From Cesiribacteraceae bacterium YIM B00369 (GTDB lineage Bacteria; Bacteroidota; Bacteroidia; Cytophagales; Cyclobacteriaceae): a DNA stretch of 64,000 nt. The position numbers and the translations under genes are program-made. Of the stretch, positions 1-9,978 are shown one piece after another. Every line of letters begins with the position of its first letter. Position 1 is the stretch's first letter. The notes beneath the pieces were generated by a model. That model ran no database searches, had not been told where the DNA came from, and worked only from the letters and a program-made list of their open reading frames with translations. The stretch spans positions 43,006-107,005 of the forward strand of contig JAFMYY010000022.1 of NCBI GenBank assembly GCA_017948555.1, written 5' to 3'.

Positions 1-230
1 CTGCTTATACAACACGAATGGAATTCAATAAAGTTAAAAAAATCAGCGCGGGAGAAAAATTTTCATCCAAAGGAAATTATCCCTTCCCCCGCAGGCAGCC
101 GGAACCAGAATGCAGTTTTTGCCTGCAGCCAGTCAGGGACAGAATAAAAGATATTTCAAATCTGTTCTCTGAAAACTATGTACAGCTTTTTTTTAAAGGT
201 CTCCCATCTCAATCAGGTACTTTAGCATCT

Positions 231-941
231 TTACAGCAGTTCCTTCAGTTCCGACAGGCAATTAATTTCATGCTGCACCTCCATAAAATAAGATCGTTTA
301 GCCGGGTTATAGTAAATATGATCGATACCTGCATTCTGTGCTCCCAGAATATCTGTTTTAAGATTATCGCCCACCATAATACATTCCGATGGTTTTGCAC
401 TTATCTTTTGCAAAACCTGTGTAAAATATTTCTTGTCGGGCTTTCCTGCCCCGAGCTCATCGGCAGTAAATACATGCCGGAAAAAGTGAGGGATACCTGC
501 CGATGCCAGTTTAACCGCCTGAACATCGCTGAAGCCATTGGTAAGAATGTACAGGTAATATTTGCTGTGAAGGTACTCCAGTATAGCCATGGCATGGGGC
601 AGCAAGGCTGGCTTCTGAGGGCACAGAGCTACATAATCTTCTCCCAGGCGAAATGCCATTTCTTCATTTTCCACCCCCAGCCCGTCAAATATTAATCTGA
701 ACCGGTCTTTGCGCAATGTTTCCTTGTCCAGCTTTCCTTCGTCGCTCATAGTCCAGAGCCTGCTGTTTACTTCCCGGAACTGCCGCTTAAAGCTATCTTC
801 ACAAAATGTTCCCAGAGAGGCCAGTTCGTGTTTATGATATAGCTCCGAGAGGGTATCTGCCGAATTTTTCTCAAAGTCCCATAACGTATGGTCAAGATCG
901 AAAAAGATATATCTGTATTTATTATAAGACTTCAATGCCAT
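231..941 (-). CDS. HAD-IA family hydrolase (YjjG-like 5'-nucleotidase)
   Basis: 236-aa ORF; N-terminal DxDxT motif (FFDLDHTLWD); C-terminal GDNLKTDILGAQNAG motif typical of HAD subfamily IA. Confidence 0.8.
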   Translation of the reverse strand: MALKSYNKYRYIFFDLDHTLWDFEKNSADTLSELYHKHELASLGTFCEDSFKRQFREVNSRLWTMSDEGKLDKETLRKDRFRLIFDGLGVENEEMAFRLGEDYVALCPQKPALLPHAMAILEYLHSKYYLYILTNGFSDVQAVKLASAGIPHFFRHVFTADELGAGKPDKKYFTQVLQKISAKPSECIMVGDNLKTDILGAQNAGIDHIYYNPAKRSYFMEVQHEINCLSELKELL

Positions 942-951
942 CTTTTAGCTG

Positions 952-1350
952 TTAACGGGACTCCGACCACTTTTTACTTTTAACTTTGTTGGCAGCCAGT
1001 TCCCTGTTCGAAAACAGGATCTGGTATACTTCAAGGTCGTCTCTCAGCTGCTGATCCTTTTCCAGGAACTTTATCACCTGCCTGACAATTTCGTATACCT
1101 CTTCCTTTATAAAATAGAAAACGTATAAATCATACTTTTTGTAACCTAAAAGGCCCGAATTTTTCAGATAAGTAATATGCCTCGAGGTTTTCGTTTGAGT
1201 AAAATCAAGTGTAAGCTCAAGGTCAGAAATACACATTTCATTGTTCTGGTATAATAAGTGCATTATTCTTACACGGGACTCATCTGAAAAAGCCTTGAAA
1301 ATTTGGGTACCGTATGATAAACTAAAGTTCTTGAGCCGCATAGGATGCAA
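952..1350 (-). CDS. ArsR/SmtB-family HTH transcriptional regulator
   Basis: 132-aa ORF with winged-helix segment (SRVRIMHLL...ISDLELTLDFTQTKTSRHITYLKNSGLL) matching the ArsR-type pattern. Confidence 0.7.
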   Translation of the reverse strand: MHPMRLKNFSLSYGTQIFKAFSDESRVRIMHLLYQNNEMCISDLELTLDFTQTKTSRHITYLKNSGLLGYKKYDLYVFYFIKEEVYEIVRQVIKFLEKDQQLRDDLEVYQILFSNRELAANKVKSKKWSESR

Positions 1351-1451
1351 AAATGAAGGAATAAAGATACACGCAAAGGAACCAATTTAACGTTATTTTA
1401 TTATTATATTAAAAAAAGGCGCCTTAAATTAGAACTAAAATTACCGCTACC

Positions 1452-2105
1452 TTGAATAAGCAACTACTAAAAACATTTTTATATACCGCCTGTACCTGCC
1501 TTACAATAATAGCAGCAAGCAGCGGGTTGTTTGCTCAGGGCAAGCCTCCTGTGGTGCAATTTTCCGGCATTGTGCTGTCAGCCGACGATACCAGTACTAT
1601 TATTCCGGGCGTTCACATTTATGTGCCCAAAGCAGGTCGTGGTACCACATCTAATGTACTGGGCTACTTTAGTATGCCCGTTCAGGTCGGTGACAGCGTA
1701 GTTGTAAGCGCAGTAGGTTTCGAAAAACAGCATTTCATTATTCCTAATGACAGGGGCGACCAGCTGACGGTAATAATTGAAATGAGCCAGGATACTGCCT
1801 ACCTTCCGGAAATAGCCGTATTCCCTTACCCTACCGAAGCAATGTTTAAGGAAGCTATTCTTGCCCTGGAACTACCGAATCAGGAAGAGGTGGATTTTTT
1901 GAAAAAGAACCTCTCGCCGGATGTACTGGCCTACATGATGCAGAATACACCTATGGATGGCAGCGAGAATTATAAATTTTATATGCAGCAGCAGATAATG
2001 CAGGAGCATTATGGCAGTTCCATACGTTCAAATCCTTTCTTTAACCCGCTTAACTGGGCCCGTTTTATTCAATCTATTAAAAGAGGAGATTTTAAGCAGA
2101 AATAA
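1452..2105 (+). CDS. secreted hypothetical protein, carboxypeptidase-regulatory-like beta domain
   Basis: Signal peptide (LLKTFLYTACTCLTIIAASSGLFAQG) followed by a beta-rich segment resembling CarboxypepD_reg; no catalytic motif. Confidence 0.5.
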   Translation: MNKQLLKTFLYTACTCLTIIAASSGLFAQGKPPVVQFSGIVLSADDTSTIIPGVHIYVPKAGRGTTSNVLGYFSMPVQVGDSVVVSAVGFEKQHFIIPNDRGDQLTVIIEMSQDTAYLPEIAVFPYPTEAMFKEAILALELPNQEEVDFLKKNLSPDVLAYMMQNTPMDGSENYKFYMQQQIMQEHYGSSIRSNPFFNPLNWARFIQSIKRGDFKQK

Positions 2106-2158
2106 ACGAATTTTTATATTTTTGTAAACAATTTTTACCTTTATGCTCTTCCTTTCCC

Positions 2159-2980
2159 ATGAGCACACCACTCTGGTTTATTGAACTACATCCTGTATTA
2201 CAAGCTTTACTGGCTACTACTTTTACCTGGAGCGTAACTGCTGCAGGCGCCGCCGTTGTATTCCTGTTCCGTTCCTTTAACAGAAGGGTGCTGGACACAA
2301 TGCTGGGCTTTGCAGCAGGAGTAATGATTGCAGCCAGTTTCTGGTCATTGCTGGCTCCTGCTATTGAAATGGCCTCCGAAGTGAACGATGGCCCTAAATG
2401 GGCACCCGCAGCTATAGGCTTTATGCTGGGCGGATTATCTTTATGGATTCTGAACAAATACCTGCCACACCTCCACCCGGGCCTTAAGCCTGAAAAAACG
2501 GAGGGTGTAAAAAGTAAGCTGCAGCGGAGCCTGCTGCTTGTGTTTGCTATTACTCTGCATAATATTCCGGAAGGCCTTGCCATAGGCGTAGCCTTTGGTG
2601 CCGCTTATGGTGACCTTAGCGGCGCCTCCCTTGGCGGTGCCATTGCCCTTACCATTGGAATAGGGCTGCAGAATTTTCCGGAAGGCACCTCCGTTTCTGT
2701 TCCGCTCAGGAGAGAAGGTTACAGCAGGGGCCGCAGCTTTTGGTTTGGCCAGCTTTCGGGTATTGTGGAGCCTATAGGAGGTGTGGTTGGTGCGCTTATG
2801 GTTACCCACATCCGCCCCCTGCTACCTTACGCACTCTCTTATGCTGCCGGCGCAATGATTTTTGTAGTGGTGGAAGAATTAATTCCTGAATCACAAATGG
2901 AAAGGCACCGCAGCCTGGCTACCCTTGGCGCAATTTCCGGCTTTACTATTATGATGATTCTGGATGTGGCACTGGGATAA
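2159..2980 (+). CDS. ZIP family metal (zinc) transporter
   Basis: Multi-TM protein with HNIPEGLAIGVAFGAA and QNFPEG motifs characteristic of ZupT/ZIP permeases. Confidence 0.85.
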   Translation: MSTPLWFIELHPVLQALLATTFTWSVTAAGAAVVFLFRSFNRRVLDTMLGFAAGVMIAASFWSLLAPAIEMASEVNDGPKWAPAAIGFMLGGLSLWILNKYLPHLHPGLKPEKTEGVKSKLQRSLLLVFAITLHNIPEGLAIGVAFGAAYGDLSGASLGGAIALTIGIGLQNFPEGTSVSVPLRREGYSRGRSFWFGQLSGIVEPIGGVVGALMVTHIRPLLPYALSYAAGAMIFVVVEELIPESQMERHRSLATLGAISGFTIMMILDVALG

Positions 2981-3335
2981 TGATAAAAACATCAGTAGTG
3001 TAAAATAAAGTGCCGGATTACCCTTCCTGCGGCACCTCATGTACCTTATGTGCCGGTGCAAAAGCAAAAACAGGCAGTCACTAACTTTTTATCAATCAAT
3101 ATATAATTTTTCCTTACCTGCCTTAAAAAAAGAGGAGTTAATCCGTTTTTCAGCCCGCTGATTTCTGCTTTTCCTCATTACACCTTAATTTATTACATTT
3201 CCCGGCTACCCGTACTTATACAGTTGAAAAACAGAATCTTATCCCGTAAGATTGTCTCAATTATCTGAATTACAATATAATTGATAAGGAGACCTTTTAA
3301 ACTTCTTCATCACTACCTGACTCATTCATACTTCA

Positions 3336-5708
3336 ATGATCAAAAGCCAAATTACCCGCTGGCAGCATTTCGCTATTTTCTTTTATGCATTTATTGCCCT
3401 GCTGCTGGTTTTCATTCCTTTTTTCAGCTACCGGAGCCTTAGTACGCTCATAGAAAAAGAACATTGGGTAAAGCACACTAATCAGGTTATTCTCACAAGT
3501 CAGGAAATTCTTATAACAATCAACGAAGCTGAAAGCAGCCAGCGGGGATACATTATTACCTCAGATAGTCTCTATCTGAAAAATTACAGAGAAAATATTC
3601 AGGCAGTTCAATCAAACCTGAAGTCGCTGACATTTCTTACAAAAGATACCCCCCGGCAGCTGGAGCAGGTTGAAATCCTGAAAGACCGGTTGAATAATAA
3701 AATAAAATTAATGAACCAGTCAATCAGCTGGAGAAACAAAAACAATATTAGCCTGCTCCATGTGCACTTTAGCCAGGGGACAGGAAGGCAGAGCATGGAT
3801 GCCGTTAAAGAATCCTTAAATAAAATTGTAGAAGGGGAGGAAAAGCTCCTGACTGCCCGCAGCGGGGAACTTGATGCTACCCGGCGCCTTACTTTAAGAG
3901 CAATTTACATTTTTACCGGAATCGCCCTCCTGGTAATTATTCTGCTCCACTTTTTATACCGCCAGCACGTGCGCGTTAAAAATACTTTTGAGCTTTCCAT
4001 CCACAAAGCAAATCTGGAACTGGCTTCAGCTAACGAAGAGCTACAGGCAAGTATGGAAGAAATAAGCGCAGGGAATGAGCAATTAACTGAGCTTAACGAA
4101 AAACTGCAGCAGTCGCAGGACTCATTACAGCAATTGAACGGCCAGCTGGAAAAAAAAGTGGAAGTACGAACCGCAGAACTTACAGCAATAAACAGAAGAT
4201 TGCGGATAGAAGTAGCTGAAAGAAGACTTGCTGAAGACGCTCTCCAGAAGGCCCGTGACCTTTACAAGGATCTTTACGACAATGCACCGGAAATGTATTT
4301 ATCTGTTAATTTAAAAACAGGAACAATTATAAATTGTAATAAAAGATTCTTACAGAAACTGGGCTATTCGAAAGATGAAGTAATTGACCAGCCTGTTCTG
4401 AATTTTCACTATTCCAAAACTCTTGAGGAGGGAAAAGCTGCCATAGAAGAGTTAAAAGAAAAAGGCTCAATAGAAAACGTACCATTAAAAATTGTAACAA
4501 AAAAAGGAAAGGCACTGGATATGTTGCTGAGTTCAACTGTTATCCAGAATGAATCCGGAGAAATGATTGCCACCAGAGGATGCTGGCAGGATATTACGGA
4601 ATTAAAGAAAATACAGGATGAGCTCCGGGAGCGGGAGGAGCACTTCAGGCTGCTTACTGAAAATGCTTCCGATTTAATTTCCAAACACAGACTGGATGGC
4701 ACCTACACATACGCCTCACCTGCAAGTCTGCCACTCCTGGGTTACAATCCGGAGGAACTGGTGGGCAAATCTGCCTTTCAGTTCTTTCATCCCGATGATA
4801 TAGAGCCTGTAACTGAATTACATTCCCCGGAAAACGATCTGCCGGACCAGATTCAGTTCTCCTACAGAAAAAGGAACAAAGCCGGAGAATATATCTGGTA
4901 TGAAACTACCGGTAAGGCCTTGCGTGATGAAACAGGAAAAGTAACAGAGCTTCTATGCGTATCGCGGGATATTTCTGAAAGAAAAAAAGCGGAGGAAATC
5001 CTGAAAAAAAATTCCCTGAAGCTGGAAACAGCCAACAAAGAGCTGGAATCGTTCAGTTATTCGGTTTCCCATGACCTCCGGGCCCCGCTACGTGCCATTA
5101 TCGGTTACTCAAAAATTCTGCTGAATGATTTTGAAGGTAAGCTGGGCGGTGAAGGGAAAGAAATAGCAGGATATATTATTAAGAATACCAGCAAAATGGG
5201 TATGCTCATAGATGACCTCCTGGCTTTTTCCCGCTTAGGCCGGCAGGAAAAGAAGGACTCTGAGTTTGACATGAACCTTATGGTGGAAGATGTAGTAAAG
5301 GAATTAAAATTCATAAACCGCGACAGAAAGATAAATTTCAACACAGAACCTCTCCCTCACAGCAAAGGGGACCCTGCCCTCATCAGGCATGTAGTATCAA
5401 ACCTTTTATCCAATGCGGTAAAGTTTACAGCCCACAGGGAGGAGGCAGAAATTACCATCAGCAGCTTTATTCAGGAGGGAGAGGTGGTTTATGCATTCCG
5501 GGATAACGGGGTAGGCTTTAACATGAAATATGTGGGTAAAATATTCGATGTATTTCAGAGGCTTCATAGCGAAGCAGAGTTTCCTGGCACAGGCATAGGC
5601 CTTGCGCTTGCACAAAAAATTATTCACAGGCATGGAGGCAGCATATGGGCAGAGGGCGAAATAAACAATGGAGCCTCCTTCTACTTTACACTACCTAAAA
5701 CTACTTAA
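3336..5708 (+). CDS. sensor histidine kinase, CHASE3-TM-coiled coil-PAS-PAS-HisKA-HATPase
   Basis: N-terminal TM plus CHASE3-like periplasmic region, second TM, long coiled coil, two PAS-like regions, H-box SHDLRAPLRAI, G-box GTGIGLALAQKII. Confidence 0.9.
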   Translation: MIKSQITRWQHFAIFFYAFIALLLVFIPFFSYRSLSTLIEKEHWVKHTNQVILTSQEILITINEAESSQRGYIITSDSLYLKNYRENIQAVQSNLKSLTFLTKDTPRQLEQVEILKDRLNNKIKLMNQSISWRNKNNISLLHVHFSQGTGRQSMDAVKESLNKIVEGEEKLLTARSGELDATRRLTLRAIYIFTGIALLVIILLHFLYRQHVRVKNTFELSIHKANLELASANEELQASMEEISAGNEQLTELNEKLQQSQDSLQQLNGQLEKKVEVRTAELTAINRRLRIEVAERRLAEDALQKARDLYKDLYDNAPEMYLSVNLKTGTIINCNKRFLQKLGYSKDEVIDQPVLNFHYSKTLEEGKAAIEELKEKGSIENVPLKIVTKKGKALDMLLSSTVIQNESGEMIATRGCWQDITELKKIQDELREREEHFRLLTENASDLISKHRLDGTYTYASPASLPLLGYNPEELVGKSAFQFFHPDDIEPVTELHSPENDLPDQIQFSYRKRNKAGEYIWYETTGKALRDETGKVTELLCVSRDISERKKAEEILKKNSLKLETANKELESFSYSVSHDLRAPLRAIIGYSKILLNDFEGKLGGEGKEIAGYIIKNTSKMGMLIDDLLAFSRLGRQEKKDSEFDMNLMVEDVVKELKFINRDRKINFNTEPLPHSKGDPALIRHVVSNLLSNAVKFTAHREEAEITISSFIQEGEVVYAFRDNGVGFNMKYVGKIFDVFQRLHSEAEFPGTGIGLALAQKIIHRHGGSIWAEGEINNGASFYFTLPKTT

Positions 5709-5709
5709 T

Positions 5710-6156
5710 ATGAAAACTATAGATTATGTGGAGGTTCTTTTGGTAGAAGATAATCCCGATGATGCAAACCTTACGATAAGAGAGCTGAAAAAGCACAACC
5801 TCGCCAATAAGCTGGTTTGGGTAAAGGATGGCGAAGAGGCATTGGAATTTATTTTCGGCGAGGGCCAGTATGCAGACCGGAACATTGAGTTTAAACCAAA
5901 AGTAGTTCTGCTTGACTTAAAACTACCTAAAATAGATGGAATAGAAGTACTACGGGAAATAAGAGGGCGGCAGGAAACCAAACTGCTGCCAGTGGTTATG
6001 CTAACCTCTTCCCGCGAAGATCAGGACATTATTCAAACCTATAACCTGGGAGTAAACAGCTATATTGTAAAACCTGTTGAGTTCGAGAATTTTTCTAAAG
6101 CAATAAGAGACGTAGGTTACTACTGGCTGGTAACTAACCAGCCTCCCCAATTATAA
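5710..6156 (+). CDS. single-domain response regulator (receiver only)
   Basis: CheY-like fold: LLVEDNPDD, phospho-acceptor Asp in VLLDLKLPKIDG, conserved Lys in SYIVKPV. The ORF-track start at 5668 overlaps the upstream kinase; the in-frame ATG at 5710 sits right after the kinase stop. Confidence 0.85.
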   Translation: MKTIDYVEVLLVEDNPDDANLTIRELKKHNLANKLVWVKDGEEALEFIFGEGQYADRNIEFKPKVVLLDLKLPKIDGIEVLREIRGRQETKLLPVVMLTSSREDQDIIQTYNLGVNSYIVKPVEFENFSKAIRDVGYYWLVTNQPPQL

Positions 6157-6162
6157 AACAGT

Positions 6163-7959
6163 ATGCAGGATATTTTAAAAAGGTTCAAAGAAGGAAATGA
6201 ATTAAAAGTTTTGTTAGTCGAAGATTCTGAAGACGATGCCGTCTTCATTAAATACCAGCTGAAAAAGACTAAAATTCCTTTTACCATCAGGCGGGTCGAA
6301 GATAAGGAAACCTATATAAGTGCATTAAATGATTTCCTGCCGGATATTATTTTATCTGATTATAACCTTCCTTCTTTCAACGGACTTGAAGCACTTGAAC
6401 TAAAAAACAGCTACTCGAATGGCACCCCTTTCATATTCGTAACCGGTTTTCTGGGAGAGGAAAAAGCAGTCGAAACTTTAATAAGCGGTGCCAGTAACTT
6501 TGTATTAAAAGATAATTTAAACAGACTTACCAATGCTTTGATAAGTGCCCTACGCGAAAATGAAGAAAGATTAAAGCGGATCGGCTCTGAAAATGCTTTA
6601 AGAAAAAGCGAGGCGAAATACAGGCAGCTCATAGAGCAGGCGGCCGATGGCATATTTATAACCGACGGAGGTTTTCATTTTATAGACGTTAATTCAAAAG
6701 CCTGCCAGTTATTAGGATATTCCAAAGCAGAATTAGTGGGATTAGGCGTAAAAGATGTTGTTCCTCCGGGAATTTCCTCCCCCACTGACGACATCGGCAA
6801 ACTTGAAACAGGTGAATCGTTGCATTACGAAACCCTGCGAAAAAGAAAGGATGGTTCTGTCTTTGCCGTGGAAATAAGTGTAACTAAAACGACTGACGGA
6901 TATTTTCAGGCTATTATGCGGGATATATCCCGACGGAAACAAACTGAACAGGCTCTGAAGTCTGCACTCCGGAAACTGGAATTTCATATAAGCAATTCGC
7001 CCCTGGCGGTTATAGAATCTGACAGTACCGGGCTTATAAAAAGATGGTCGGGGCAGGCAGAAAAAATGTTTGGCTGGACAGAAGAAGAAGCAACAGGTAA
7101 ACATCCTGATGAGCTGAAACTGGTACACCCTGAGGATATGGCAGAAGCCCGGAAGGCATTCAGGAAAAGCATTGAAAGCTCCTCCAATACCTTCTTCTAT
7201 GTTTGCAGAAGTTATACAAAAGAGGGTACCATTATGCATATTGAATGGTACAATTCTATTTTTACTGATGAAAAGGGAAGGCACCAGTCACTACTTTCAC
7301 TGGCTAACGATGTAACAGCACGCAAAGTAGCCGAAGAAGCAAAGTGGGAAGGGCAAATGCAGGAACGGAACAGAATTGCCAGGGAAATACACGAAGGCAT
7401 AGGGCAACTCCTGGTAGCTTCGAAGTTTAAAGTAGCCAGCCTTGATTATGATAAAGCCCCCGGAGAAGAAAAAATAAGTCAGGTGGAAAGCCTGTTAGAA
7501 AAGACGATTGAAGAAGCCAGGAGAATTTCCCTTAACATGGCTCCCCGGAGTGTAGAGGAAATAAGCATTGAAAGTGCAATAAGACAACTATGCCGGCAAA
7601 TTAAAAAACTAACCGGCATGGAAGTTACTTTTAACTACACCGGCCGGGCCAATGAGGCAGGCAACAGTATTTTATCTACTGTTTACAGGCTTGTACAGGA
7701 AACCCTCAACAATACAATTCAGCATGCACGGGCCTCGCAGGTACAAATAGAGTTACACCAGAACCAAAAGAACATTGAGCTTTCTGTAAAGGACGACGGC
7801 AAGGGCTTTAACACCTCCGGTGCAGAAATACCCGCCAGCAGCAGCCTTGGCAATATGAAGGAAAGAATAAATATGCTTGGAGGCCATTTTAAAATTGAAT
7901 CCTCACCGGGCAAGGGTACCTATGTGGCGGTAAATATTCCTGTAAAGCCCGGCATATAA
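6163..7959 (+). CDS. hybrid sensor kinase: REC-PAS-PAS-HisKA_3-HATPase
   Basis: N-terminal receiver (LLVEDSEDD; Asp in ILSDYNLPSFNG), two PAS regions, NarX/DegS-type H-box (RIAREIHEGIGQLL), HATPase motifs (DDGKGFN, GGHFKIESSPGKGT). Confidence 0.85.
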   Translation: MQDILKRFKEGNELKVLLVEDSEDDAVFIKYQLKKTKIPFTIRRVEDKETYISALNDFLPDIILSDYNLPSFNGLEALELKNSYSNGTPFIFVTGFLGEEKAVETLISGASNFVLKDNLNRLTNALISALRENEERLKRIGSENALRKSEAKYRQLIEQAADGIFITDGGFHFIDVNSKACQLLGYSKAELVGLGVKDVVPPGISSPTDDIGKLETGESLHYETLRKRKDGSVFAVEISVTKTTDGYFQAIMRDISRRKQTEQALKSALRKLEFHISNSPLAVIESDSTGLIKRWSGQAEKMFGWTEEEATGKHPDELKLVHPEDMAEARKAFRKSIESSSNTFFYVCRSYTKEGTIMHIEWYNSIFTDEKGRHQSLLSLANDVTARKVAEEAKWEGQMQERNRIAREIHEGIGQLLVASKFKVASLDYDKAPGEEKISQVESLLEKTIEEARRISLNMAPRSVEEISIESAIRQLCRQIKKLTGMEVTFNYTGRANEAGNSILSTVYRLVQETLNNTIQHARASQVQIELHQNQKNIELSVKDDGKGFNTSGAEIPASSSLGNMKERINMLGGHFKIESSPGKGTYVAVNIPVKPGI

Positions 7960-8026
7960 TTACTACCGCAGGCTGTTCTCAGCAATAATATAATAATTAC
8001 TTATGGGGAAACACTCCACTTTATCC

Positions 8027-9790
8027 CTATTCGGGCAGATAGCCAAATTCTTTCAGCCGGTTTTTAAATTTTGTAAGGTCTTTTTTCATTACCAGAATAA
8101 TCAGGCCTTCGGCCTTTATTACCAGCTGTTTCAGCACCGGATCTTTAGCTACCAGGCTAATCATTTCCTGGTCTTCGCGCGAAAGCTGGTAAGCCACATG
8201 GGGCTCTAAGGTTTGCAGGGGATCACATTTAAGCTTCAGGGTATTAAAAAATGCCTGCCAGTTTGGCGGCAGATCACTGCTGACGGTTTGCCGGAACAGG
8301 CTGATCTTCGCCTCTAAATCATCTGCATTGCGCACCCCTTTCATAAAGGTAGCAAAATCTGTTTTATACCTGCTGCTACCTACCTTTACCGTAAAACTCT
8401 CCAGCAGCACATCAACTGTTTGGGAAGGCTTATCGCTGAGAATATTCAGGCTGTCTCCGAGCAGCTGAATTTCGGCTTTATCCTCAGTCTGTGGAGGATT
8501 ATATATTTTGGTTCTGCCGGAGAGGTATTCGCCCAGGGAGGTCAGGCGCACATAGGAAAGTTTATGGTAAAAAGGGTTATCTTCTTCCCCCTCCTCTTCC
8601 CCTGCCGGTTCCTCATAAGCAGCTTCCACCAGGCCGAAAGCTGCAAAAAGGGAAAATCCGGCCTGCAGCACCGGCTTTTTTATAAGCTTATTATAGCTGT
8701 AAACATTTACCTCTATTTTCCGGGTATAGCCATCCGTTTTCACAGGGTAATAAGCGTACCTGCTTAAAGGGTAATCAGCGGCAGGTTTTAAACTTATGGA
8801 GCGGTAACTGCTGAATTTATAAATATTATCCATACTCACCCAACTGCCTTCTTCCGGAAATTCCCGGAGAATATCTATATAAGCCTTCCCTGTTTTATAC
8901 TTATCATAATCATTTATATAAGAGAGCCCCTTTAAATGATGGAGGAGGTGAAGAGGGTAAAAGCTATTGGTAAAATAAGCAAACAGCTGTTCTAACGACT
9001 GAAGTCCATCCTGCGAAACCACCGTTTTCGCACTTTCGGCTAAAAGGGTAGCAATAAGGGAGGTACGGATAGTATCATAAGGCTTCGGCAACTCCTCATA
9101 ATACTCCCGGAGGCTAAGTGCTTTTCGCATTTTAGCATAACCGGAGGCTACCGGCATACCTGAGGTCGTAAGCTTTATATTATCCTGGTTAGCATACACC
9201 AGCAGGCGGGGAAGCTCCTGAAAAATAGTTTTCTCAGCATTAAACTGCTGCAGCTCCCCGGGAATTTCCATCACCGGCTGCAGGTAATACTCTTTTGGTT
9301 TTTCAAAATAATCAATAATTTCCTTCCGCAAAGGCTGCGGAATACCCAAAAAATACTGATACCCTGCCGTCCAGTTATACTCTTTCTTTGCACTCAGCAA
9401 ATGAAACTCTTTCTTCAGTTCACTATCGCTTCTCCAACCCGCCCCCTTATCATGAATAGTAGGCTCTATCCCATAATCGAATTTAATCACATCCTCATGC
9501 AAAAAACCATCTTCCCACATTAAAATTTCAAAAAGCTGCCTTACCTCTTCAGGAATCATAGAAAAAAACTCCCGGAACAGCTCTTCGGCGGAGAATACAG
9601 CTGCCACCAAAGTTACCAGCTCTTCCTTATTCCTGTTTTTCTTACTGAGTAAATGCTGAATACGCAAATCGGCAACAGGCAGCTTATCTATGGAAAAAAG
9701 CCTCAGGATATAAGGCAGGTATCCGGTTGTAAGGTGCTCCTTTGTAAAACTAAGGTCAATAGCCTCCATTAATTCGTTGCGGATATCCAT
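8027..9790 (-). CDS. hypothetical protein (587 aa), downstream partner of the SNF2 helicase
   Basis: Long uninterrupted ORF on the same strand, 183 bp downstream of the helicase gene. No recognisable motif; only one Cys, so no SWIM zinc finger; acidic patch EEPAGEEEGEED. Confidence 0.6.
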   Translation of the reverse strand: MDIRNELMEAIDLSFTKEHLTTGYLPYILRLFSIDKLPVADLRIQHLLSKKNRNKEELVTLVAAVFSAEELFREFFSMIPEEVRQLFEILMWEDGFLHEDVIKFDYGIEPTIHDKGAGWRSDSELKKEFHLLSAKKEYNWTAGYQYFLGIPQPLRKEIIDYFEKPKEYYLQPVMEIPGELQQFNAEKTIFQELPRLLVYANQDNIKLTTSGMPVASGYAKMRKALSLREYYEELPKPYDTIRTSLIATLLAESAKTVVSQDGLQSLEQLFAYFTNSFYPLHLLHHLKGLSYINDYDKYKTGKAYIDILREFPEEGSWVSMDNIYKFSSYRSISLKPAADYPLSRYAYYPVKTDGYTRKIEVNVYSYNKLIKKPVLQAGFSLFAAFGLVEAAYEEPAGEEEGEEDNPFYHKLSYVRLTSLGEYLSGRTKIYNPPQTEDKAEIQLLGDSLNILSDKPSQTVDVLLESFTVKVGSSRYKTDFATFMKGVRNADDLEAKISLFRQTVSSDLPPNWQAFFNTLKLKCDPLQTLEPHVAYQLSREDQEMISLVAKDPVLKQLVIKAEGLIILVMKKDLTKFKNRLKEFGYLPE

Positions 9791-9900
9791 GTCGTCTGGT
9801 TGTTCAGTTTTAGTTATTTCTTTTAGTGGCTGGTGGTTTGTGCCTGATGCCTGGTGGCCGACGCACGATACTTGTAATCAGTGATCAGGACCTGAGCCTG

Positions 9901-9978
9901 CTTCTATTCTATTGTCCATCGTCTATTGTCCGTTGTCAAAATTCTCATGTCTCACGTCTCAAATCTCACGTCTCTATT
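9901..9978. repeat. degenerate heptanucleotide tandem-repeat element (copy A; GA-rich strand is the minus strand)
   Basis: Reverse complement reads GAGACGT GAGATTT GAGACGT GAGACAT GAGAATT TTGACAA CGGACAA TAGACGA TGGACAA TAGAATA; shares GACAATAGAC / TGGACAA / GAGnCGTGAG words with copies B and C. Confidence 0.6.

Noticed and set aside
18-695. 225-aa plus-strand ORF
   Set aside because: Antisense to the HAD hydrolase gene, which has the DxDxT motif.
2106-2158. Possible Zur-box upstream of the ZIP transporter
   Set aside because: The AT-rich TTTTTGTAAACAATTTTTA is not actually palindromic when checked.
5668-5709. Upstream extension of the receiver gene as given in the ORF track
   Set aside because: It would overlap the kinase C-terminus. 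The in-frame ATG at 5710 directly follows the kinase stop and yields a canonical receiver N-terminus.
9901-9978. Possible CRISPR array or phase-variable microsatellite
   Set aside because: Period is 7 bp with degenerate units and no unique spacers, so it is not CRISPR. Units are not identical, so slipped-strand phase variation is unlikely.
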